Positions 38,956 to 49,023 of a DNA stretch of 64,000 nt are shown here, piece after piece. The notes beneath the pieces were generated by a model. The model had not been told where the DNA came from. It was given only the letters and a program-made list of their open reading frames with translations, and did no database searches. The DNA is from Rhabdothermincola salaria (GTDB lineage: Bacteria > Actinomycetota > Acidimicrobiia > Acidimicrobiales > Acidimicrobilacustridaceae), in contig NZ_JAJQXW010000001.1 in NCBI RefSeq assembly GCF_021246445.1, positions 558,001-622,000 of the forward strand. Reading direction: 5' to 3'. A program made the position numbers and the translations under genes. Position 1 is the stretch's first letter. Every line of letters starts with the position of its first letter.

Positions 38956-39230
38956 GCGGCCAACGTAGCCTCGGCTCGACCTCGACTGAGACGATCAGGC
39001 CGTCATCAGCAGTCGCACCTAACTTCGCCGACCGAGTCCGGCTTTTCGTGCGGTGGAGGGGAACTGGTCGACTGGGTGCCGTGGCGCCGACCGTCTCGAG
39101 GCAGCGGTGTACGGGCGGAGGACCTGCGGGGTAGGTGGTGCGGGCTCAACCCATCGGTCGCCCCAGTCCCAGGGGTCGCGTAGGATCCTGCGGTCGAGGG
39201 ACTGCGGAGCCACCGGCGGAAGGCGGGAGT

Positions 39231-41090
39231 GTGACGAGGAAGCGAGCCAGGTTCGGGATCCGAACAGCGGTGCAGGTGGCCATCGATTGTGGCGCGTTCG
39301 CGGTCGGCCTGGTGCTGGCGATGGTGCTGCGCTTCGACGGCAACGGCCCGATCACCGATTTCGGCGTCTACGGCGGTCGTGAGCTCCTCGAGGGGCTCGG
39401 TCTGGCCGTGCTGGTGCTCGCCATCGTGGGGCTCCTCGCCCGAGCCATGCGAGGCCAGCTGCGCTACGGATCCTTCGAAGAGGTCATGCGCCTGGTCGAG
39501 ACCTTCTTCGTGGCTGCCGTCGTGCTCTTGGTCCTCAACCAGATCCCTGACCAGGCCATCCTCCCTGCCTCGGTCATCGCCGGCGGCACCCTCGCCGGGT
39601 TCGCCGTGGCCGCCGGGGTGCGCTTCGCCTGGCGCCTGAACCGGGAACGCCGTCTGCGCCCCGGCGTCACCGCCGAGCCCGTGGTGGTGGTCGGCGCCGG
39701 CGAAGGCGGCGAACAGACCGTCACCGCCATGCTGCGCGACCCCGACAGCCCCTACCTGCCCGTCGCCATCATCGACGACGACCCCACCAAGGCCCGGTTG
39801 AAGATCCGCGGCGTACGGGTCATGGGCGACCGCACCGCCCTGGCCGCCGTCGCCGCCGAACACGGCGCCCGCGTCGTGGTCATCGCCATCCCCGGAGCCC
39901 GGTCCGAGACCATCCGCGAGCTCGCCGGGCTGGCCGTCGACGCCGGGCTCGAGGTGCGGGTGCTGCCACCCGTCTCCGAGCTGTTCGGCGGGGCCATCGG
40001 CGTGGGCGACATCCGCCCCGTCACCGAAGCCGATCTGCTGGGCCGCGAGATGGTGGAGACCGACCTCACTGCCATCGCCGGCTACCTGCAGGACCGCCGG
40101 GTGTTGGTCACCGGCGCCGGCGGCTCCATCGGCTCGGAGATCTGCCGCCAGGTGGCCGTGTTCGGACCGGCCGAGCTGGTGATGCTCGACCGTGACGAGT
40201 CCGCCCTTCACGCCCTGCAGCTCGACCTCTCGGGGCGGGCCATGTTGGATTCGCGCAACCTGGTGGTGGCCGACATCCGCGACCGCGACCGCATGTTCGA
40301 GGTCTTCCGCGAGCACCGGCCCCAGGTGGTGTTCCACGCCGCCGCCCTCAAGCACCTGCCACTGCTCGAGATGCACCCCTGCGAAGGGGTCAAGACCAAC
40401 GTGTACGGCACCCTGAACGTGCTCGATGCCGCCGGGTCGGTCGACGTCACCGAGTTCGTCAACATCTCCACCGACAAGGCCGCCGACCCCACCTCGGTGC
40501 TCGGCTACTCCAAGCGCCTGGCCGAAGGCCTCACCACCTGGGCCGCCGGGCAGTACCCCGGGCGGTTCCTGTCGGTGCGCTTCGGCAACGTGCTGGGCAG
40601 TCGGGGGAGCGTCCTGACGGCGTTCCGCTCCCAGATCGAAGCTGGGGGGCCTGTCACCGTCACCGACCCGGACGTCACCCGCTACTTCATGACCGTCAGC
40701 GAAGCCGTGCACCTGGTGGTGCAGGCCGGGGCGGTCGGTGCCGACGGCGAGGCCCTGGTGCTCGACATGGGCGAACCGGTCAAGATCGACGACGTGGCCC
40801 GCCAGCTGGTGGCCCAGTCCCCCCGGCCGGTGGAGATCGTCTACACCGGCCTGCGTCCGGGGGAGAAGCTCCACGAGGTGCTGCTGGCCGAGGGCGAGAA
40901 CGACCACCGCCCCGCCCACCCCCTCATCTCCCACGTGGTCGTGCCCGTGCTGCGGCCGGGCGACCTCGACGTGCTGCACAAGGCCTCGGGCGACAGCGAC
41001 GACGCCGCTATCCCCGTGCTGCGCCGCATGGCCCTCGAGACCATGGCGCCCGGTGCGTCGGACGACATGCGGCGTACCCAATCTCCATGA
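39231..41090 (+). CDS. Membrane-bound UDP-GlcNAc 4,6-dehydratase, PglF/CapD-like
   Basis: Four N-terminal TMs; GAGEGG, DLLGR, TGAGGSIGSE, HAAALKH, STDKAA, RFGNVLGSRGSV and GLRPGEKLHE motifs. Confidence 0.92.
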   Translation: MTRKRARFGIRTAVQVAIDCGAFAVGLVLAMVLRFDGNGPITDFGVYGGRELLEGLGLAVLVLAIVGLLARAMRGQLRYGSFEEVMRLVETFFVAAVVLLVLNQIPDQAILPASVIAGGTLAGFAVAAGVRFAWRLNRERRLRPGVTAEPVVVVGAGEGGEQTVTAMLRDPDSPYLPVAIIDDDPTKARLKIRGVRVMGDRTALAAVAAEHGARVVVIAIPGARSETIRELAGLAVDAGLEVRVLPPVSELFGGAIGVGDIRPVTEADLLGREMVETDLTAIAGYLQDRRVLVTGAGGSIGSEICRQVAVFGPAELVMLDRDESALHALQLDLSGRAMLDSRNLVVADIRDRDRMFEVFREHRPQVVFHAAALKHLPLLEMHPCEGVKTNVYGTLNVLDAAGSVDVTEFVNISTDKAADPTSVLGYSKRLAEGLTTWAAGQYPGRFLSVRFGNVLGSRGSVLTAFRSQIEAGGPVTVTDPDVTRYFMTVSEAVHLVVQAGAVGADGEALVLDMGEPVKIDDVARQLVAQSPRPVEIVYTGLRPGEKLHEVLLAEGENDHRPAHPLISHVVVPVLRPGDLDVLHKASGDSDDAAIPVLRRMALETMAPGASDDMRRTQSP

Positions 41091-41475
41091 CCCAGAGGTC
41101 GATCATCGAGAAGCGCTTGGTCGGGAGAGATTCTGAACCGATCCGCTTCATCTCGCAGCGCGAGCACCCGAGGGCATCAGGTGCCCGGGGTGATCCACGT
41201 GGCTCCAAGAGAACGAGAGAACGGCCCCTGCCGGTTCGCTGATGTCGGATGGAGATGGCTCTCCCAGGCTTCACGTCCAGCGCACCCCCCTCTCGGCAGC
41301 CATCTGCGCCAATTGGGTCACACCGTGCGTGAGTCCGATCGTCTACAGCCAGGCTTCACTTCCGCCAGGCGAACGTGACATCTCGTGAGCTGTTTGCCCG
41401 AGCTCCATGGAGGCTTCGTCGGCCAAAGCGCGCTAGGGTCCCGCGCCTTGATTAGATATTTCAACATGGGGTGGG

Positions 41476-43385
41476 ATGATGGGTGACTTCAGGCGGAGCT
41501 GGGGCCTTTTAAGCGTGAGTGCTTGCCTCTTGGCACTAGTGCTGGTGACGCCGGCGAAAGCGCAGGCCGAAGTTGTCGTCATTGGAAACGACCAAGAATC
41601 TCCGGTGTTGTCGTCGTTGTTGGTGTCGCCGACGTCGGCTGATGTGTCGGCTGCTGCGGTGCCGGTGTCGTTGGTGGCCGGAGCGGTGGACGATGTCAGT
41701 GGTGTTGACGGGATGTCGTTCCAGTTGGTGAACGTGGCGGAGGATGTCACGTATGCGGCTGGGGCGTCGCTGGTTGATGGTGATGCCTTGGATGGCACGT
41801 GGGAGGCAACGGTGGTTTTGCCTCGCTATGCGCCTTCGGGGACCTACGTCGTTCGGTGTGCCGTGCGTGATGCGGTGAACCGTTGGTCTGACGACTGCCC
41901 TGGCTCGTTTTCGGTGACGGTGACTGGTGGTGATGTTCTGCGTCCGGTGTTGTCGTCGTTGTTGGTGTCGCCGACGTCGGCTGATGTGTCGGCTGCTGCG
42001 GTGCCGGTGTCGTTGGTGGCCGGAGCGGTGGACGATGTCAGTGGGGCACGTGGGAGGCAACGGTGGTTTTGCCTCGCTATGCGCCTTCGGGGACCTACGT
42101 CGTTCGGTGTGCCGTGCGTGATGCGGTGAACCGTTGGTCTGACGAATGCCCAGCATCCGAGACCGTGGCAGTGACCAATGATTTTCAGCCGCCGACGGTC
42201 ATTGGGACGGCGGATCGCGAACCGAATAGCGAGGGCTGGTACAACGGTCCGGTTTCGATCTCTTGGTGGGCTGAGGACAACGTGGACGGGGTCCTCCCAA
42301 GTCCGGCCCCTGTCACCCTGGGCACAGATGGATCGGATCAATTCGCATCGTCTGATTCTGTCTGCGACGCCGCGGGCAACTGTGCAGTGGGACAGTACGG
42401 ACCAGTGAACATTGATTCGTCCCCTCCCGCGATCTCGCCGGTGCTGGACTCGAGCCCCAACGATGCCGGGTGGTTCAACCAGATGCCCACGGTGTCCTTC
42501 GCGTGCGCCGACGCCCTGTCAGGTATAGCGAGTTGCGCGGAGCCGGCGACCGTTGGAGAGGGTGGAGACCAGGCCGTCGAGGGAAATGCGGTTGATGTTG
42601 CTGGCAACGAGGCCACCGCACAGAGTGCAGGGCTGAACGTCGACCTGAGCGCCCCGCTGGTGACAGATCTCTGGCTTTCGGTCTCGCCTGTGTCCATGGC
42701 GCAAGACACTGTGGTAGGCGCGGACTTCCTTGATGAGCTCTCCGGCGTCGTGGGAGCGGAGTACTTCGTTGGGGCGGATCCGGGTGCTGGCGCGGGTCAG
42801 GTCATGTTGGTCGACGAGGGCGAGGCAAGCGCGACGATCACGGGAGGGTTGTTGTCTCCTGGCGTGCACAACCTCGGAGTGCGCGTGGTCGATGCCGCCG
42901 GGAACTGGTCGGATACCGTGACCATCTCACTCGTCGTCTACGACCCCACCGGCGATTTCGTCACGGGAGGTGGCTGGATCGTGCCGGGCGGTGACTTCTC
43001 CGATTCCGGGGACGACCTGCCGGGACTCGACGGCTCGTCGAAGGCGAACTTCGGGTTCGTGGTGAAGTACCGCAACGGCGCCTCGACGACGCCCGACGGC
43101 AACCTGCAGTTCGTATACCGCGCAGGCGACTTCCGGTTGCACTCCGAGTCGCTCGAATGGCTGGTCACCAACCCGACCATGGCCCAGTTCCAGGGAACGG
43201 CCACCATCGACGGGCTCCCCGGGTCGTACCGGTTCAGCGTGCAGGCCATCGACGGAGGAAGGAACGGGGCGGACCGCTTCCGACTCCGGGTCTTCGGTCT
43301 CGCAGACGACCCGCTTGCCGACTCGGCCACCTACCAAGCATCGGGTGACGTCAGCGGCGGCAACATCATCATCCATCGCCGCTGA
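41476..43385 (+). pseudogene. Secreted repeat (Ig-like) protein, frameshifted near 42045; real lesion or assembly artefact
   Basis: Signal peptide, 114-aa repeat, PNxxGWY/FN Ig-like modules and a C-terminal FVTGGGWI...KANFGF...GGNIIIH domain (resembles post-COAP-1 type); split into 41476-42129 and 42063-43385. Confidence 0.7.
41601..42145 (+). repeat. Direct repeat with 342-bp period; second copy lacks 91 bp
   Basis: 41601-41702 equals 41943-42044 and 41794-41894 equals 42045-42145. Confidence 0.9.
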
Positions 43386-43697
43386 TCGGCGGGTCGACGG
43401 TGCGCGCTGACCGGCGCGAGGTGAGCTGGTCGGGCCAGGCGGATCGACGAGCGCCCACGACGTCGTGGTGGGCCACCGGGGCGGGTAGTCGGCGAGTCCG
43501 TAGCGGAACGAGGCGGTCTCGAAGGGGCCGTCGTCGCGGGAGTTGTCGTAGAACACCGCTCGGACCCGTCGCGGCGAGAGTCGGCCTGACTGGTCGCCTC
43601 TCTCGTCGGGTCCGCCGTGCGTCACCGGTGTCGCGACTGACGGGGTGGATCGAGCGTGGTCACGCCGGGGACCTGCAGCCGAGTGCTCAGCACCCCG

Positions 43698-44201
43698 CTA
43701 GTGGGCACGGAGCCGGCACCAGGCCCACCACACCACGCGCCCGCACGCGAACAGCCCGAGACCGAGCACGACGCCTACCGCGTTGGCGACCACGTCGCTG
43801 CGCTGGAAGTCCCGGGTGTCGGTCAGCACCCGTTGGGCGATCTCGACGGCGACACTCAGCCCGAACGCGGCCACCCCGACGAGCGCCGCACCCCACCAGG
43901 ACCAGACCACGAACGCGAACAACAGCGTGACGACGCACCACACCGCGATGTGGACCTCGGTGTCGGATCGAGAGACCGGCACGAGCTCCGTCAGGCGGCC
44001 GGCCTCCGTGGCCGACACGTCGATGCGGTCGGAGAGCCTCCGCAGGGCACCGGGCGCCCGATCGGCCAGCATGAGCACGGCCGTGACCGCCAGGGCGCCG
44101 AGGCCCCCGAGGGCGACCGCCATCCGCAGCCACGTCGGCGGCGCATCGTCCCTTAGCTCTTGTCGCGAGCGGGGAGCCGAGGTGGCAGGGAGCTTCGACA
44201 C
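43698..44201 (-). CDS. VanZ-like membrane protein
   Basis: D..VHIAVW, S.AVEIAQ...R and DVVANAVG motifs. Confidence 0.7.
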   Translation of the reverse strand: MSKLPATSAPRSRQELRDDAPPTWLRMAVALGGLGALAVTAVLMLADRAPGALRRLSDRIDVSATEAGRLTELVPVSRSDTEVHIAVWCVVTLLFAFVVWSWWGAALVGVAAFGLSVAVEIAQRVLTDTRDFQRSDVVANAVGVVLGLGLFACGRVVWWAWCRLRAH

Positions 44202-44243
44202 TCGTGCAGTGTGCCCACGCCCCTGTCGATCAGGCACTCGCTG

Positions 44244-45062
44244 TCAGCCGCGCGGCGGTCTGCCCATGCCGTCCAGGCGCACGCGGGGCAAGGTCTGCAC
44301 CAGCGCCACCTTGTCGCCGCGGCTGCGCACGAACCCGATCTCCAGCGGACGGCCGTGGTGGTCGAAGATCCGTCGCTCGAAGCGCATCAGGGCGCTGCCC
44401 ACCTCGACACAGAGCAGGGTGGCGACCCCGGGGCCGGCGACGACCGCCTCGATGACGACCTCGGAATCGCCCAGCACGTAGCCGAGCGCCTCGAGGGCCA
44501 GGTACCAGTCGCCGTTCTTCTCCACGAAGTGGGTGACCCCCACCAGTTCCGGGAGGAAATAGCTGGTGGTGAGCCAGCAGGGCTGGTCGTCGAGGAACGT
44601 CCTCACCTCGATCCGGTGCAGCAGCTCGCCCGGCGCCACCCCCAGGAAGGTCGCCACCAGCTCCGGTGCCCCCAGGCGCTCCTCACGCAGGATCTCGCCG
44701 CGGATCCGCCCGTCGCGGTCCTCGAGGTCCGATCCCACGGCCCGCAGGGTGGAGAAGCGGTGGTGCAACTTGGAGGTCACGATGAACGTGCCCGCGCCTC
44801 GAACCCGTTCGACGATGCCCTCCTGGCGCAGCCCGTCGAGGGCCTCGCGGACGACGTTGCGACCGGCCCCGAGTGCCGCCATGAGCTCCGCCTCGGGTGG
44901 CAGGGCATCGCCCACCTCGCCCATGTGGCCGGCCAGGATCGACGTGCGCAGGATGTCGAGGACCTGCAGCGCGTCATCGGCCCGTCGCACGTTCCTGGGA
45001 CTCGCCGACTCTGACAGCACCCCTCCCAGGGTGCCGCCGTCAGGTTTCGTCGATGTCAACAC
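44244..45062 (-). CDS. GntR-family regulator with UTRA domain (HutC subfamily)
   Basis: LPPEAELM...GRNVVREAL..L...G.VERVRGAGTFI followed by a UTRA-like C-terminus. Confidence 0.85.
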   Translation of the reverse strand: MLTSTKPDGGTLGGVLSESASPRNVRRADDALQVLDILRTSILAGHMGEVGDALPPEAELMAALGAGRNVVREALDGLRQEGIVERVRGAGTFIVTSKLHHRFSTLRAVGSDLEDRDGRIRGEILREERLGAPELVATFLGVAPGELLHRIEVRTFLDDQPCWLTTSYFLPELVGVTHFVEKNGDWYLALEALGYVLGDSEVVIEAVVAGPGVATLLCVEVGSALMRFERRIFDHHGRPLEIGFVRSRGDKVALVQTLPRVRLDGMGRPPRG

Positions 45063-45122
45063 CTCGCATCGAACGTCTTGCCGCGGTCTTGCCAGGCTCG
45101 TGCCAGGGCTGCGCGCCGCCGC

Positions 45123-46631
45123 CTACGCGGCGTGGCACACGCCGAGCACCGCGTCCTCGGTGAGATCCTCGCCGCTCAGCTCCGCACAGATCGTGCCCCC
45201 TCGCATGACCAGCACCCGGTTGCACACCGCGGCCAGCTGCTCGTGGTCGGCCGAGCACATCAGCCCGGCCGTGCCCTGCTCGATCTGGGCCCTGATCAGC
45301 TCGAGGATGTCGCGACGGGCGCCGGCGTCGACGCCCTGGGTCGGTTCGTCGAGCACCAGGATGCGCGGGTCCACCTGGAGCCACTTGGCCAGCACCAACT
45401 TCTGCTGGTTGCCGCCGCTGAAGCGGCCGACAGGCATCACCGGATCCGACGGTGAGACCTGGAAGCGCCGCATCGCCTCGCCGGCCACGGCTCGCTCTCG
45501 CCGCAGGGCGAGGAAGCCCCTCGACCGGTAGCGGCCCAGGACGGGCAGGCTCAGGTTCTCCGCCGCGGTCGCCTCGGTCCACACGCCCTCGCGCTTGCGG
45601 TCCGAGGGCACCAGCACCATCCCCGCCTTCACCGCGTGGCGCACGCCGACGGGGAGCTCCGTGCCGGAGGCGCTGATCCGCCCCCGCCTCGGTCGGGCCC
45701 CGGCGAGGAGGTACGGCAGCTCCTCGTAGCCCGAGCCGGTCAAGCCGGTGATGCCCACCAGCTCGCCGGGCCGCACATCCAGGTCGACCCCGTTGACCAC
45801 CGCGCCCGACAGCGAGCTCACCGACAGGGCCACATCTCCGCTCGGCCCGCTCGGCGGCGGGGGATAGAAGTCGCTCATCCGTCGAGCGAGCATGAGCTGG
45901 ATCAACTCGTCCTCACCCAGCTCCGACGTCGGGCGCGTCGCCACCAGGTGCCCGTCGCGCAGCACGCTGACCCGATGGCACGTGGACAGCACCTCGGGCA
46001 GGAAGTGGCTGATGAAGATGACGCTGTCGCCGTTCTCGGCCACGCGCCGCATCAGATCGCGCAGCAGCTCGGCGTCGGCTTCGTTGAGGTAGGCGGTGGG
46101 CTCGTCGAGGATGAACAGCTGGTGCCCCCGGTTCGGGCTCACCGACAGCGCACGGCTGGCCCGCAAGATGGCGGTGATGGCCCGATCCGCAGCCGGCAGG
46201 TCGTCCACCAGCCTGTCGAGGGGGACCCGATAGCCGAACCGGGTCATCTGCTGCTCGGCCAGGCGTCGCTCCGCCGGCCAGTCGATCGGTCCCAGCGCCC
46301 GCTGGCCGTAGCCCGACGCGATGCCGAGGTTCTCCAGCACCGTCATCTGGCCGTCGAGGCCCAGGTCCTGGTGGATCACGGCGATGCCGTGGTTCTGGGG
46401 CCGTCCGACCGGCAGGTCCATGCGCAGCCCCCACGACACCAGCTCCGCGCCGGGGTCGGGCTCGTGGACCCCGGTGAGGATCTTGATGAGGGTGCTCTTG
46501 CCCGACCCGTTCTGACCCACCAGGCCGTGGATCTCCCCGGCGCGCACCTCGAAGGTGACGTCGTGGAGCACCTTGATGGCACCGAACGTCTTCGACACCC
46601 CGGAGGCGCCGAGCGCCAACGGGGCGGTCAT
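45123..46631 (-). CDS. Sugar-type ABC transporter ATP-binding protein (RbsA-like, two NBDs)
   Basis: GQNGSGKST, LDEPT, FISH, SGGNQQK and DEPTQGVD motifs. Confidence 0.9.
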   Translation of the reverse strand: MTAPLALGASGVSKTFGAIKVLHDVTFEVRAGEIHGLVGQNGSGKSTLIKILTGVHEPDPGAELVSWGLRMDLPVGRPQNHGIAVIHQDLGLDGQMTVLENLGIASGYGQRALGPIDWPAERRLAEQQMTRFGYRVPLDRLVDDLPAADRAITAILRASRALSVSPNRGHQLFILDEPTAYLNEADAELLRDLMRRVAENGDSVIFISHFLPEVLSTCHRVSVLRDGHLVATRPTSELGEDELIQLMLARRMSDFYPPPPSGPSGDVALSVSSLSGAVVNGVDLDVRPGELVGITGLTGSGYEELPYLLAGARPRRGRISASGTELPVGVRHAVKAGMVLVPSDRKREGVWTEATAAENLSLPVLGRYRSRGFLALRRERAVAGEAMRRFQVSPSDPVMPVGRFSGGNQQKLVLAKWLQVDPRILVLDEPTQGVDAGARRDILELIRAQIEQGTAGLMCSADHEQLAAVCNRVLVMRGGTICAELSGEDLTEDAVLGVCHAA

Positions 46632-47668
46632 CGTCCCCGCCCCGCCAGCTTGGCCAACGTGACCGCGATCACCAGCGCCGCACCGTTGAACACGCTCGAG
46701 ACCCACGGGTCGGCTCCGAGGAGCTGCAGCCCGGTGATGCCGACGGTCAACAGGTAGAGGCCCACCAGGGTGCCCACGGCGTTGAAGCGACCCACCTTGA
46801 GGGTGGTGGCCCCCAGGAACGCCGCCGCGAACGGCTGGAGCAGGTACTGGCCACCGATGCTCGGATCCATGGAACCGAGGCTCCCGACCAGCACCAGACC
46901 GACGAAGGCGGCCAGCGTCCCCGAGACCAGGTAGGCACCCAGCCGCAGACGATCGACCGGCAGCCCGGCCAAGCGAGCCGCATCCCGGCCACCGCCCACG
47001 AACAACAGGTAGCGCCCCAGCGGTGTGCGCTCGTAGACGTACCAGAGCACGCCGATCAGCACCCACCCGTAGAGCGTGGACAGCGGGAACCCCAGGACCT
47101 CGGTGCGAGCGAAGTCCCGCAGCGGGTCGGGCACGCCGGCGATGACCCGGCTGTCGGTCGCCCAGTAGGCGAGGCCACCGAGCGCGGTGAGCATGCCGAG
47201 GGTGACGATGAAGGAGCTCACGTCGGCCTTCACCACCAACACGCCGTTGACGATCCCGACCACGAGGCCGACGCCCAGGCTGGCGAGCACGACCAGCGGC
47301 AGGGCGACGTCGTTGGTGGACAGCACCGCCGCCACCGACGCCGAGAGCGTCATGGTGGCGGCGATCGAGAGGTCGAAGTCGCCCGCCCGCAACACGATGG
47401 TCGCCGTGGCGGCCAGCAACAGCAGCACGGCCTGGGAGTTGACCATGGTCTGGAAGTTGGAGGCGGTGGCGAACGTGTCCGGCATCCACACGCTGAACAC
47501 CAGCGTCAGCGCCACCAGGCAGAACACGACTCCGTAGCGCGAACCGATGGAGCGCAGCGCCGCCCCCGTCCGGCCACCAGGGCCGGACGGGGACGGGGCC
47601 GACTGGTCCGCCGTCGTGGGCTCGGCCGCGGTCGGCGTCGCCGTGGAGGTGGACGCAGCCACGGTCAC
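46628..47668 (-). CDS. Sugar-type ABC transporter permease (RbsC-like)
   Basis: GDFDLSI, SFIVTLG, TPLGR...GG..AARLAG and AAAFLG motifs. Confidence 0.88.
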   Translation of the reverse strand: MTVAASTSTATPTAAEPTTADQSAPSPSGPGGRTGAALRSIGSRYGVVFCLVALTLVFSVWMPDTFATASNFQTMVNSQAVLLLLAATATIVLRAGDFDLSIAATMTLSASVAAVLSTNDVALPLVVLASLGVGLVVGIVNGVLVVKADVSSFIVTLGMLTALGGLAYWATDSRVIAGVPDPLRDFARTEVLGFPLSTLYGWVLIGVLWYVYERTPLGRYLLFVGGGRDAARLAGLPVDRLRLGAYLVSGTLAAFVGLVLVGSLGSMDPSIGGQYLLQPFAAAFLGATTLKVGRFNAVGTLVGLYLLTVGITGLQLLGADPWVSSVFNGAALVIAVTLAKLAGRGR

Positions 47669-48810
47669 AGACCCCAGGCCGTGGTGAACGCCTCTTCGTA
47701 GCCGTCGTAGGCGGGGAAGAGCTCGTCGTTGCTCGAGCCGATGTTCGTCTCGTCGAACAGCTGGACAGGGATCGTGTAGCCCTCGAACGGGTTGCCGAGG
47801 ATGGCGTTGGCCAGCACGTCGACGGTGGCCCAACCGATCCACTCGTTCGGCGGGAACGCACCGTCGAGCGCCTGGTCGCCGGCCCGCACCAGGTCGAGGT
47901 TGGCCGGCACGCCGTCGTGGCCGAGCACCTTGCCCTCGAACCCGGCCTGCTGGGCCGCCGGCAGGGCGAACGTCACCGCCGAGTCGAACACCGGGACCAG
48001 GTAGTCGATGTCGCCCTCACGGCGCAGCACGTTCGGCACCTTCGTGCCGAGGTCGTTGGCCAGGTTGGCCAGGTCGACGTTCTCGCGGACCACCGAGCAG
48101 TCCGGGCAGTCCTCGGCCATGGTGGCCTCGATGGCCTCCATCATCTCGACCTGCAGCTCGAGCACGTCGGCGCCCAGCACGAACGCCGTGGCCTCACAAC
48201 CCGAGTCGGCCATCATCCAGTTGGCCACCAGCTCACCTGAGCGGGTGAAGTCCGGGGTGACGTGGGCGACGATCCCGGTGCCCATCGGGTCTGCCGGGTT
48301 GCTGTTGAAGATGTCGACCACCGGGATCCCGGCGTCCTCGGCCTTCTGCAACGGCGCCGACGCCAGGTCGGGATCGATGCCGAGGATGGCGATGCCATCA
48401 GCGCCCTGGGCGACCGCCTGATCGATGCCGGCGATCCAGGTGTTCGTCTCGCCCTGACCGTCGATCACCGTCGTGTCCATGCCCAGCGCCTCGGCGCCTG
48501 CGGTGAAGCCGTCGGCCACCACCGTCGTCAGCTGGTTGTTCACCACGTTCACCAACCAGAGGCTCTTGCCCTCGAGCTCGGCCTGGTCGACCTCGCTCTC
48601 GGGGGCCACCAGCTCGAGCTCGGCCCGGCCGGCGTCGACCACCGCCTGGGCCGTCTCCACGCATTCCGAGGCTTCGGGGGTGGCGGCCTCGGCGGAGGAC
48701 TGTTCATCATCGGAGCTGCCGCAGCCGGCCATGGCCACCACCGCAGTGGTGGCGACCACCGCAGTGGCCACTCGGGTGCGACCAGATCGAAGGCGCGGGG
48801 AACGGGACAT
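47665..48810 (-). CDS. Sugar-type ABC transporter substrate-binding lipoprotein
   Basis: Lipobox MAGC; periplasmic binding fold pattern IDQAVAQGADGI...AGIPVV. Confidence 0.85.
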   Translation of the reverse strand: MSRSPRLRSGRTRVATAVVATTAVVAMAGCGSSDDEQSSAEAATPEASECVETAQAVVDAGRAELELVAPESEVDQAELEGKSLWLVNVVNNQLTTVVADGFTAGAEALGMDTTVIDGQGETNTWIAGIDQAVAQGADGIAILGIDPDLASAPLQKAEDAGIPVVDIFNSNPADPMGTGIVAHVTPDFTRSGELVANWMMADSGCEATAFVLGADVLELQVEMMEAIEATMAEDCPDCSVVRENVDLANLANDLGTKVPNVLRREGDIDYLVPVFDSAVTFALPAAQQAGFEGKVLGHDGVPANLDLVRAGDQALDGAFPPNEWIGWATVDVLANAILGNPFEGYTIPVQLFDETNIGSSNDELFPAYDGYEEAFTTAWGL

Positions 48811-48831
48811 GGGGGGACCTCCAGGGTCTTC

Positions 48832-48983
<152 letters not shown>

Positions 48984-49023
48984 CGTGTCGTCCCGGCAGG
49001 CCGGGACGACACGCCGGGCCGGC

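Noticed and set aside
41601..42150. Diversity-generating retroelement TR/VR pair
   Set aside because: The copies are identical apart from the gap, with no adenine-specific variation, and there is no reverse transcriptase in the window.
45123..47861. 912-aa fused permease-ATPase
   Set aside because: The N-terminal extension is an off-frame read of the permease; the real ATPase start is 46631.
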